From: Camelus ferus
Taxonomy: Eukaryota
DNA length: 64,000 nt
Assembly: GCF_009834535.1 (NCBI RefSeq)
Contig: NC_045699.1
Location: 43,214,001 to 43,278,000 of the forward strand
Direction of reading: 5' to 3'
The notes below the pieces were generated by a model that did no database searches, was not told the origin of the DNA, and saw only the letters and a program-made list of their open reading frames with translations. The position numbers and the translations under genes were made by a program. This document shows, one piece after another, positions 24,301-34,480 of the stretch (position 1 is the stretch's first letter; each line of letters begins with the position of its first letter).

Positions 24301-27300
24301 TAACCAGGAAGAAGGAGACGCCGTACGTCTTGAGGGAACGGGCTAGCTTCACGTAGCGTACCTTGGCCTCGATCTCACTCATCTGTCCACAGTTCTTGTG
24401 TGCCTTCAAATATGAAATGGGTAAAGGTTTGGCAAAATGTGGGAAGAATGATATCAAAGACGAAGAGTTAAGATGGGATGTCAACTATAATGGGAGAATA
24501 TTACGGGAACATGGAAAGGTTAGGGAGTGCAGGCTATGAGAAATGAGAGGGTGCCGGGACGGGGCTGACAAGGGCTCTGCAGAAGCAAGGATTCAAGAAG
24601 CGAGGGATGTAGTTAAGGAACTTGCAGACATTCTGGAGACATGAATGGACAGGTAGGAAGTGGAAGGTCAAATAGAAGGCCTCTTGGGCTAAGGATTCAG
24701 AGTGGGGATAACACCTTCCGTTTGTACAAAGATATACCCCTCACAGTGATTTCAGGTGTGCTATCTCATTTGACCCCCTATCAACCCTACGCAGTGCAGG
24801 TATCATTATCCCATGTTAGAGATAAAGAGAAGAAAACAAGAATATTGAACTGAATTCCACAGCATATGCAGTGATGCAGCTGAGACTAGAAGCCCAGGTC
24901 TTCTGCTTTCTTGGCACAGGAGAGGTGGGGGAACAGCCTGGCAGGCAGAAGCGGGGTAGGGGTGACAGTGAGGGGGCGGGGTCCATTTAGTCAGCAGGAT
25001 TAAACAACAAAGTTCCCGGGTCATCCCAAACACCTGCCCCTATCCCCATTCACCTGGAAGATCTTACGCTCTCCCTTCTGCTTCACATACTCCTTGGGCA
25101 GGAAGTCCTTCAGGCTACACCAGAAAAGGGAGGGTCAGCATGTAGCGGACAGCATCAGGGACATGTGGGCCATGGACTGTGGGTCTAGGGGGTGAGGAAG
25201 TGTCTAGGACAGTGTTACACAGTGTTATCTTTGGGGAGAAGGAAGACTCAAGGAAACAGAGCCTGGAATGCCCTGTAATCAAGATGACTTAGCATTTGCT
25301 CTTGAATGCAGCCTGTGTCTCTCCCTGCAGGGAAACAGACTGAGGGAACTTGACTTGGAGGCTCATTCCCTGAGGAAAAAAGGGTCTCGAGCACGATTTC
25401 AGGGAACCAAGATCAGAAGGAGCTCACTAGAGGGACAACCATGCTTGTAAGAAGCTGAGAAAGCCACACCAAACTCTATGTATTCTGAGAAATACCAGTG
25501 GATGAGACCTGTGAGATTTTTGAGATCTGATGTTCCCTGTGATGAAAATGGACCCTGTTTCCCTCTGGCTACCATGGTAAAATTCTTCAGAGAATCTCAA
25601 AAAAATTAAATGCTTATTTCAGAGGTAGGGGGCAGGAGCAGGGAATCTGAAAGACATTGATATTCCACATGGGGCCAGGGAGGAGACAAATGGATGATGG
25701 ACACTGAAAAGGTACCCATGTGGGTCAGACCCTGGTACCTTGAAAGAGGAAATAAGGGAAGGCCTGGGATGGAGACAGGCCCTCTGGGGTCACAATGGGA
25801 GGGAGTCCTGAGCCCTGACAGGGCACAGAATGGGGGTCACTCACTCAAGGAAGCCGGCTTTGTGCTTCTGCTCATTGTGGGGCCCAAACTGGATCTGGCA
25901 TTGGAAGCCAGCAAATTCACAGGCCTTGTCGAAGGAGACAGGGTGGGAGCCATTCAGGATGTCGTCTCGTGCCTTGGGAGCACAGCGAAAGAAGGCCAGT
26001 GTTGTGGGGGGTGCAGGGATACTCCTCAGTGTGCTTCTGCCCCTCCTCACCCCCCTCACCCCAGGCAAGTCCTTTGCACACCTGCACATAAAGAAGGTTA
26101 AGCTGGACAGGGTCCCGGGAGTCCACATTCTGGTCTGAGTAGAAGAACTTCCTCCGGAGCAGAAGCGTCTCGTGCTCCTCCACTCCCTGTTCCCTCAGTG
26201 TCCGGCCATGGTCCAGCCAGTTCACTGGGACACAGAGAGTCCCCTCAGTGTCAAACCCCCCCACCCCGGCCCCTGCGCCATCTAGCCTCTGGCTTTTTGT
26301 TTATTTCCCACCTTCTCTCACTAATATGTAAGTTCCGTGAGTGTACGGTTTTATTACTGATGCACCCCAGTGTTTGCCAGTGCCTGGTAAAAGCAAGCGC
26401 TCTACAAATAATGCACAAACTGCTGCCCCTGCCACCCTAATTGTTTCTAATGCCCTCTCCTGTTCATTTCTGCTTACACTCATCATCTGTGTGCAATTTC
26501 TGCTTCAGTTTCTCCATCTTCTTTTCATCTCGCAGCAGTGTCTTGTCCTTTCGTAAGGTCCCTGTCACCTCCTCCTTTTTCTCCTCCATGAGCTCTCGAA
26601 CCAGAGAGTATTCATCATGGTTGGTGATGCCTGGGGTAGAGGGGTGGATGGGTTGGCAGCATCCCAGACACCGCACTCACTTCCTCTGGCAGAGCTTGGG
26701 CCTCCCTGCCAAGCCTTCAGCCCTGCCAGCCCCTTACCAATGCGGGCACAGATGGTCATGAGCATGTCGGTGACAGTCTTAGAGTCATCTACCATGACAG
26801 TCTTCACAGTGCCGTCCAGCATACGGATCTTCAAGGGCCTCTGTTTCTTCCTGTACTCCATGGTGTCCTGTTGGGGCAAGAATAGAAGGTAGGGGCCCAC
26901 TTTAAACTAAAGCTATTACTTCCCTTTTAAGCAGCCACAAGGGAGAAAAGTAGATTACTAAAAGGAAGACTATGGTGGCTCACTTGAAAGCTACGACTGC
27001 CTGGAGTGGAAAGAAAGCATGGGAGAGGTCAGAGACAACAGATGTGGGTGCTGAAAACAGGAGGAGGAAGGGGGGAAGTGACGGGAGAAGATGTTGGTGG
27101 TCCTTGATGAAGTGATACTCACCCCATTTCGGAGCATGTAGTAATCCAAAGCTTTCCCGGCCTCCAGCCATATACCCTTTTTGGGGTCATCATCTGACAG
27201 AAATAGCCCAAAGTCGCTGGCTGAAAGAGAGGATGGATCATCTCAGACTTATAGGGGCCCTAATGTGGCTGAGTGGCTGTACCATTACCCCTTATTATTT

Positions 27301-27594
27301 CCCCAGTGGCCCTGGGCCTAAAGGGGAGAGAGGGAACCAAGAAGCACAGACCTGAGGGATGAGTAGCCTTGGGGGACAACAGGGTGATTTCCCAAGGCCA
27401 AAAGCCTGGGGATGAGAAAGGACCAAGGAACTCCCGCCCCAGCCACCTGGGCAGTCTGACTCACGGGGGCCAGCCAGGGCCTCTGGGATCCGCTCACGGA
27501 TGATGCGACAGGCGTCGTACACCATGGTGGACGGCTCGAACTGCATCGTCTTCACCACATTCCCAATGCTGATCTTCAGCGAAAGTGCAACCAT
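3301..27594 (-). CDS. TLN1: Talin-1, 56 coding exons, 2541 aa; one apparent +1 frameshift in exon 21 and an N-gap in exon 29
   Basis: Starts MVALSLKISIG (ATG 27594) and ends ...YKFLPSELRDEH-TAG. Coding exons: 27465-27594, 27123-27220, 26738-26867, 26478-26630, 26082-26224, 25845-25972, 25054-25114, 24299-24403, 23811-23966, 22967-23068, 22740-22816, 22328-22508, 22060-22173, 21839-21947, 21401-21609, 21145-21243, 20010-20177, 19525-19819, 18865-19031, 17893-18022, 17606-17722, 17390-17503, 17095-17229, 16811-16939, 16532-16634, 16168-16376, 15700-15819, 15294-15491, 14964-15103, 14685-14778, 14494-14583, 14258-14380, 12988-13131, 12346-12507, 11936-12076, 11662-11843, 11328-11460, 11007-11108, 10749-10919, 10510-10659, 10302-10403, 10102-10221, 9206-9352, 8873-9039, 8579-8762, 8363-8488, 8148-8264, 5729-5914, 5483-5590, 4871-4976, 4542-4666, 4307-4432, 4126-4188, 3833-4015, 3555-3683, 3301-3426. 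These sum to 7627 nt, which is 7626 (2541 aa + stop) plus one extra base. Confidence 0.98.
5995..7960 (-). mobile_element. Cluster of L2 LINE fragments in TLN1 intron 48
   Basis: Reverse-complement L2 3' tails (ttcattcaacaa at about 6003, attcatccaacaaat at about 6435) are followed by purine-rich degenerate L2 body sequence. Boundaries are approximate. Confidence 0.7.
13230..13490. mobile_element. Probable hAT-type MITE fragment in TLN1 intron 33
   Basis: AT-rich block starting gccagggttct and ending aaaaaagtttgaaagcca, which resembles a hAT terminal repeat. Family not identified. Confidence 0.3.
15309..15448. other. Assembly gap (140 N) inside TLN1 coding exon 29
   Basis: The N run plus flanks (43+140+15 nt) gives 198 nt, the size that preserves frame and the 2541-aa total. 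Confidence 0.97.
17388..17389 (-). other. Non-canonical GC splice donor of TLN1 intron 23
   Basis: Exon 23 ends ...TTC CTG CAG followed by GCAAGG. No GT is present at the boundary that preserves frame into exon 24 (CCA GGT GGG AAG). Confidence 0.85.
20747..20798 (-). other. TLN1: Ortholog of the TLN1 alternative cassette exon 17b (52 nt here)
   Basis: ttcctacacag|ATA TGT GCA CCC AGA GGG GCT GGG GTT CGA TCT CTC CCC CGA TCC CCC CAC G|gtaacg, with a CTGAC branch-like motif at 20824-20828. It lies after cumulative CDS nt 1995 (Gln665). It translates ICAPRGAGVRS..., similar to the human 17-aa insert as I recall it. Confidence 0.75.
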
Positions 27595-30544
27595 GGTGGC
27601 AGCTTCTCCTCTCCAGCCTGGCTACACCTGGTCCGTGGCATCGGGGCATTAGAATACACCCTCACTGGAGGAGATGGGCCCCCCCCAGATGGAGCCCCAG
27701 GAAAGGGATCCACCAAAGCAGGTAAGAATGAGGTTGTTTTTGTTTTATTTAATAATTTCAAAGAGTGAAAGACGAGTTGCATCAAGAGGACCAGTCCTAA
27801 CTATCTAAGACATCTGAAGGAGAGGCTGGTCTGCAAGGTACAAAAGCAGGTCTGAAACACAGTGTTACCTGAGGACACTGCCCTGCTCCCAGCACTGGAA
27901 CATGTGCCTCCCTTCTTTCTTCCAAGTGTTTCTTTCTTACCCCTTGGGTCCCTGCTCATCTCCTTTCTCAGCCCTGCCTCTGCCCTGTTTTCATCTTTCC
28001 TCATTCAGTCTTTTTCTCTTTTTGTCTCTTACTAAGTCCTGCTGGCTTCTCTCTGTCTGGGATTTCTAGAGCTCTGCCCTGACTCATATGACCTTCCCTC
28101 TTACACAAGGCACAAGCCTCTTTTTCTGCAGAATGAAGACGTTATATTAGATAATCCCCAAGGGCTCTTGAGGCCTGCAAACACTGAACACTGACTCTAG
28201 CTAGCCTGGCAGGGAGGCCAAATACTGACTGTTCAAGCCATCCAGGCTCACTTGTCTCCACTTTCCTCTAACCTGACATGCTGGGGGCCTCCCAGAGGAG
28301 TTTGGCCCTTATTTGGCTTCCCCAGCAGTCAAGCTAGAATTATGATTTTCTAATGCACGAGGATCTCAGAAATAGTCTAGTCAACTTTTCAATTTTGCAG
28401 AAGGGGAATCAGACCGGGTGTGGTGTGTGTGTGTTTCAAGGCAGGTCAGAGAAGGACCCCAGTCCTTCTAACACAGTCTTTGTTCCTTCTGAGTCACCAA
28501 GTTAGTACTAAGTCCTCACCGTTAACTCCTATGCTCTCTCCTCTTCAGTAAGTCCTTCGCAAACCTTGCCCTCTATCTCAGCTGCCTCCGCTGATAGTAT
28601 TTTCAGAGCAGCCAGGGATACTAGTACCACACAGCCCTCCCTCCACCCTCCCCCACCCTCCAGCACCTCTCAGTGGAGGCAGCAGGTGGCGCACAGTGCA
28701 CAAGACAAGTCTGCCTGGCAGCTGATGATGTGACCCGGCTCCATACAGGGATTGGTGCCCCTGACCTAAGAGCATGAGCAAATCCAGACTGCCCAGTCCC
28801 CTCTAGGCAAACTGCTAGCCCTGAGGGGGGAAAAGCAGGACTAGGGGTAAGGTTGGAAGCAGAGATGGGGATGTTAGGAAACAGAAGGCAGTTGAAAACC
28901 AGGGAAGTTTCGAAGGAGTGTGTTTTGGGAGGATGAAGAGATTAGAAGTGATTGAAAATCTAGGTAGAAAGAGACAGGAGGCAGATGAGGGAAAGGTCTG
29001 GATCAGGGGTCTGATACACCATTTCCAACCTTATAAATAACCTAGAGTCTCAAAAATTAAGAAACCACTTGCCCTCTATCTTTACTCCCAGCACCCCCAG
29101 TGACAAGTCTCTGTCCCCCTCCCCATTCCTGGGGCATTTCTCCCAATAGCTGGACAGACCTGGCTGTCGGGTCGCTGGTAGGCTGGAGGGTCTGCGAAGC
29201 TGAGGGCACAATGAAAAGATCTGGCACCCTAAGCTGAAACTGCATGTCTCCCCCCATTTCCTGTGGACATATGGACACCCCCTTCTTCCTCAAGCACGGA
29301 AACCTCTGGTGAGACCCCGATAAGGGAGTTGAGTCATGGCCACCCTCACTTTCAGCTTGGCCCTGAGTGGACATCCACATGGCTACAAGAGAGTGGGGGA
29401 GGAGAGGGGACTGAGGAGTGAATTGGGGGTAACTATAGAACAGAATCAGGCCCCTGAAGTATGGTGAGAAGCTAGGCAATTCCTGTTCTGGCCTGAGAAT
29501 TTTGCTCCCCTTTCCATCATGTTTTATGGAACAGCAACAATGCCCCCCCCCATGTCCCCCTCCCAGAGAACTCCTCCTCCCTCAAGACATTCCTGAGATG
29601 CATTCCAGAAGAGTTGGGCAATTGGAGGGGGGGGGAATGGAGGACAGGAGGTCAAATCCCAGCAAGGAATGGAATGTAAGTGTACTGGGGGTAAGGAATT
29701 AGGGGTTCATAGAGAATATAGTCCGAGCAGATACCTACAAAGGGAGCTGCAGAAAGATAGGGAGTTACAGAGAGGAACAAAGGAGAGAGAAAGCTGAAGA
29801 TAGAGTCAGATAGTAAGAGGGTTGGGGGAGTAACGCTCACTCTGTTACCAAATTTGGCCTCTGAGTCTGTAACCGCGGGGAGTGGGGGAGGGTTGTGGGT
29901 GAGACTGACATATCCGGCCTCAGGCTGCTGGAGGCTCATTTAGGGCTGGACTGGGCAGCTGAAGGGCTGGACCTGACTTCCCCCAACACAGTCCTTCCCC
30001 ACCTACATCCTTACACATGCATTCTCCCTAAATGTACCCCAGCTTATGCACAGAGCTCTTTCCTCCAAAAGTACTTGCAGTGTCTCTACATACACATGAT
30101 CTCAAACACACAGCCCCTACACGGATCCATCACAACCACGTTATCTTCCTGAAAAGACTATCCCGTGTACACAGCTTCCCCATAAATACCTCTATTGGCA
30201 AACACACAAAACATTTGGCCCTGAACATCTCTCCTCCCATTACTATCCAGTGAGTACTTTTGAGGGCCTATTGTGGGGAAGGCCCTTGGCCAAACTCTCA
30301 GTGGCTGGGAACGAAGAAGAGCCCTAGCCTCTGCCCTCAAGGGGCTCCCTGCCCTCCAGGGGCTCCCAGTCAACAGAGTGGATAAACCACTATAGAGTTA
30401 TGACAGAGGCAGGATGTGGTGGTTAAGAGGCAAGCGGTACGTGCTCATGGGAGAGATCCCTTTAGTTTAGGGAAAGGGGACTAAAATGTCTCCATGCAAA
30501 GTGTCATTTAAGTTAGGATTTTTAAAAATAAAGATAATAAAAAA

Positions 30545-30786
30545 GAACAATAATCTGTCTTTTACTGACTATACGTCAAAGGCTTAGTGTACATTTTTCA
30601 TTTAATCCTTATAACCCTGCAAGTTAGGTGTCGTTATTTCCATTTTTCCAGATTAGGAAACTGAGGCTCAACGAAGTTAAACACTTATTCAAGTACTTGT
30701 CCAAAGTCACATAGCTAATAAGTTGTGAAGCCAGGATCCGAACCCAGGTTTCTCTGACTCCAAAGCCCAAGCTCTCTCCACTGTGC
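30545..30786 (-). mobile_element. MIR SINE in TLN1 intron 1
   Basis: Reverse complement of the MIR core: gaaactgaggctc...ccaaagtcacatagcta...gaacccagg...tgactcc. Confidence 0.85.
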
Positions 30787-31009
30787 CAGCCAGCCAGCCG
30801 CCAGTCAGCCAGAGATGAGTCAAGGGCAGCACTCCAGGCAGACAGAAGTGCATAAGCAAAGGTGGAGAAGCAGGAAATCATGGAAGAGCATTCAGGGAAG
30901 TGAGTAGGCAGGCTGGTTGAAGCACAGAGTACCTGCAAGTGAGCAGCGATGAGGAAGTCAAGGTTAGGATGGGACGGTAGGAGAGGACTCGAGGAGTATG
31001 CAGAATTTC

Positions 31010-31225
31010 ACCATCCGGAGGGCAACAGGAGGCCAAGGGGGGCTTTGGGCAGGGAAAGGACATAACCAGAACTAGCCTGTAGGAAAATAACTCTGGCAGC
31101 TACCTTGGAGATTGCATTAGTACAAGTGAGAGGTAATGAAGGTGGAGTTAGAACAGTGAAAAGGAGAGTGTCTCTCATTAGAAATTTTAAGAGGTAGAAC
31201 TGACAAGACCTGATGATAGTCTGTC
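31010..31225 (-). mobile_element. L2 fragment
   Basis: Degenerate purine-rich L2-like body (ggaaaataactctggcagc...gaggtagaactgacaagacctg). Confidence 0.5.
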
Positions 31226-32739
31226 CTGTCATCCCTCAGGAACCAGGGCCCAAAGTCAGGGTGGGGTCCCATAGCTTCCAGTCATTAGCAGCCATTCAGA
31301 GTGGCTAGAGCAGCTTGAGTTTAGGTAAGAAACTGGGAAGAGGGGGAAAGAAAGGATCAGGTGTTGCTGAGAATGTGAAGATGAGGCTGTGGTTAGGGGG
31401 TGTGGTCAGTAACCAAGTAGGTGCACAAGGGATAGGGTTAATGACTGTATCAGGCTGGAAATGGGGAAGACAGTGTAGAGAAAGGCTGGGGAAGATAACA
31501 GTAGGAAAAATACAGATATAATTAGTCACTGGATGGGGCCGGAGAAAGAGGAAGAATAATTATGTGCACAGTGGCTAAGACAGGGAATGACAGAGTGAGG
31601 TCAGAGGCCAGGTTAGGCTGCAGGAGGTTGTGAAGAGATGGGGCTGTGGTCAGTGGCTAAATTAGACTGGGATGGCGGGGAGGAGACTGAAGGGATATTA
31701 GCAGTGTCTAAGTAAAGATGGAGTTGAGGGGGATGGGATGCAGCCAGAGGCTGGATCAAGCTGGGGAGGGGATAGTGTTGCGGTCAGTGCCAGGGTCAGG
31801 CTGGGAGTGAAATGGGGGCGTGGTCAGTGGCCTGGCTGGGCGTGGGATCAGCAAGACCCAGTTTCCTCTTTGGTTCTCATTTCCTCTTTTCTGTTTGGGG
31901 GTGGGGGAAGGGGATCTATAACTGGATCAAGAAATTAAGGAGGTTTAGAATCAGGGAATGGCACATAGCAGGGACCTCAGGGACTTGGAAGTTGTGGTGG
32001 GCTAGGGGTGGGGTATTCAGCAGATGACCAGAATGTATGCAGGTGAATAAGCAGGTGAAAATGGTGAGTGCTTTAAAATGATGGGAAAGCTCAGATTTGT
32101 GCGAGGTTAAATTAAGACGGCATGTGTGGATTAAGGGGTGGGAAGGGAGGTAGAATTGAGGCTGAGAACGAATGGTTTAAGGTGAACAGCATGGGAGAGC
32201 CAAATGCAAGGAAAGTAGTATGTAAGGGGTGAGGCAGGGAAGGGTGTGCAATGCAGGGCCAGGGAGGAGAGTTGGAGAAGAGGGCTTAATTTCTAGGGAA
32301 TGAGGGAAATAGGAGGCAGCAGGGCTGAATTTTCAGAGGATTAAGCCATCCCACTTTCGTATGGCAACAGTGTTTCCTTGGTCAGCTTCCCCTTAATCAC
32401 CAGTCCCTTCTCCCCTAGGCAGTCCTCCACTTATGACTAGGCCATGTATACCTCCCCAGTCCCTAACCCTTTCCCACCTCCTATCTGGTAAACAGCGTGG
32501 TCCAAGAGCCCCTGCCCCTCAACTGTGGTGGCCACAGCAAGAGCCTTGGCCTTAGAGAATAGAAGGAAGAAGCTGGAATCCCAGATGTCCGCAATTCTAT
32601 CTGAAGCTCAGAACCCTAGCCTGAAATTAGTTTGTCATTTCTCTGGGCCACAAAAGCCCCCGTGACTACGCAGGAATAAGAACATTCCTCACAAAACAAG
32701 GGCATCTACCTATTGCTAATGTGTTAAACTTTACCTGCC

Positions 32740-33365
32740 CAAGATCAACTACCCTGACCTCAACTACAACCGCTAAAACTGTCCCTAATTCCTAATATTA
32801 ACCCCGATCCTAATTTGTCTCCTGATTCCCAGTACTGGCTTTGACATTTATCCCTTTCCTAGCAGACACTTGTATCGAATCCCTGATCCCTAATTTTGAT
32901 CTAATTTTACCTTTAGCACCAAATCTCGACCTTAATCCTAAATCTTGACCCCCTAAACCTAAATAATGCTCATTTGTCACTTGATTCCTGATTCACCTCT
33001 TCACTGTTTATCCCTAATACTAGCTATGCCAACGTTCTCTAATCCTTAAAACTGGACTTCTAACCTAATTCCTGTTGCTGATCCTTAACCTGACCCTGAA
33101 CTCTCTGACTTATGTTGGCCATCCTAGAAAAGAAAGTAATGCCCTCAATCCAAACTTCACCTACACAAAACAAACCTGACTCACACTAATAACTCTAAAG
33201 TTTAACCCCAGCTTTATAACTCCTAAAGTTAACCTTAACTGCTAAAATAACTCCACCTAATTCCCAACTCACCCAATTCGTTTCTACCCACATAACCGCT
33301 ATCAGCTAACCTCAAAGCCGATCCCCGCCCTGCCACCCCACTTTTCACCCTCCCCCAAACCTATC
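32740..33365. repeat. Degenerate CCCTAA/CCCTGA-like hexamer tract
   Basis: Dense recurrence of cctaa, cctga, ccttaa and ccctaat motifs over about 600 nt, with the plus strand strongly G-poor. Confidence 0.65.
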
Positions 33366-33369
33366 TCAG

Positions 33370-34480
33370 ATAGAGGACGGCTCCGAGGAAGGGTCTGGCT
33401 CCCGCAAAACGGCCTATGTAACTCCGAGCCCCAGCCGAGATACACTGGACGCTGACCTCTCCAACAGGACCCGAAGCAGGAGACGCAGTAGAGTCAGGGG
33501 CCCCGCCCGCCCGCCCGCCTCCCGGGCCTGGCCTCGCAGCCCCACCCTGAAGCCCCAGCTCGGCCCGGTCCGGCCTACCTGCGCTGCCCGGCTCTGTGCC
33601 CCGCCCGCCGGCCGCTAACCCGCTGCTTCTCCGGGTGGCTCTGGGGCTACGGCCTCGCCCTCCCTTCGACACTCTCTCGGCCACTTCCGTCCCGGGAACG
33701 TCCCCCACCCGCGGGCGGCGCCCTGGGCCGGCGCTCTATGGTCGCGGGGACTGCAGGAAGCTACTCTGGCCCCAGCTCTCGATGCTCGTGAGCCCGCCGC
33801 CCACCGGCAGCCCCTCCCCGGCAGGAAGCGAGGGTGCGGCGCAATCCGGAGAAAACGTTCGAACTGCGCCCGAGTTCCCTTTTAGGCTCTAAGCTTTCCT
33901 TTTTCTAGCCCGGGGCGAAGGTGGAGCCTCCTCCCCAGAATGCCCGCCCCGGGGTGTGAGCGGCGGCAGGGACGTCCCCTCTATTTGCATAGAGCCCGGG
34001 ACGTGGCGCCGACCGCGGCGCTTCCGCGTCAGGAGGACTCCAAGTCCCGGGATGCCTCGCGGGTAAGTGCGTCACTTGTGTTGTGTTGGAAGTTGCGGAT
34101 AACTTGGAGTCTGGGTGGTGGGTCCGGTTTGTGAGCCACAGCTAGCTGCTCTGAGGAGAACCCGCTAAAGAGCGAGCGGATAGGTAGGGGCCGATCGACA
34201 GCCGGTGGGGGCGTCGTGCGTGGGATTTGGGAATGGGGCCGGGTGGAGGGTTCAACTCCTGGGTTACTGCTCATCTTTGCCGCAGATGTCTCATACGGAG
34301 CTGGCGTTGGACCCAGGTGATCATGACCTGCTGGACTTCCTGCTCGAGGAAAGCGGAGGTTTGGGGGCGGCGCCCGACGAGGCCCTTGAGGCTTCCCTGG
34401 ATTGGGAGCTGCCGTTTTCTGAGGTGGGTGGGGGCTCTGAGTCGGGCAGGCGCGGGGCGGGGTAGGGGGGCGTCCCTGTG
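33370..34480. promoter_or_regulatory. CpG island, bidirectional TLN1/CREB3 promoter
   Basis: High CpG/GC content between the divergent first exons. Contains GC boxes, ETS cores, octamer ATTTGCAT (33983-33990), ACGTGGC (34001-34007) and CGTCA half-sites. Confidence 0.9.
33579..33700 (-). other. TLN1: TLN1 non-coding exon 1 (5' end approximate)
   Basis: GC-rich exon ending ...cagcgcag|GTAGGC. Exon 2 acceptor is cag|GTGTAGC at 27627. An ETS motif CGGAAGT (plus cacttccg 33682-33689) lies near the probable TSS. Confidence 0.7.

Noticed and set aside
3301-27594. Calling TLN1 a pseudogene because of the exon 21 frameshift
   Set aside because: The other 55 coding exons and all splice sites are intact, and the gene is essential. 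A single base error is far more parsimonious.
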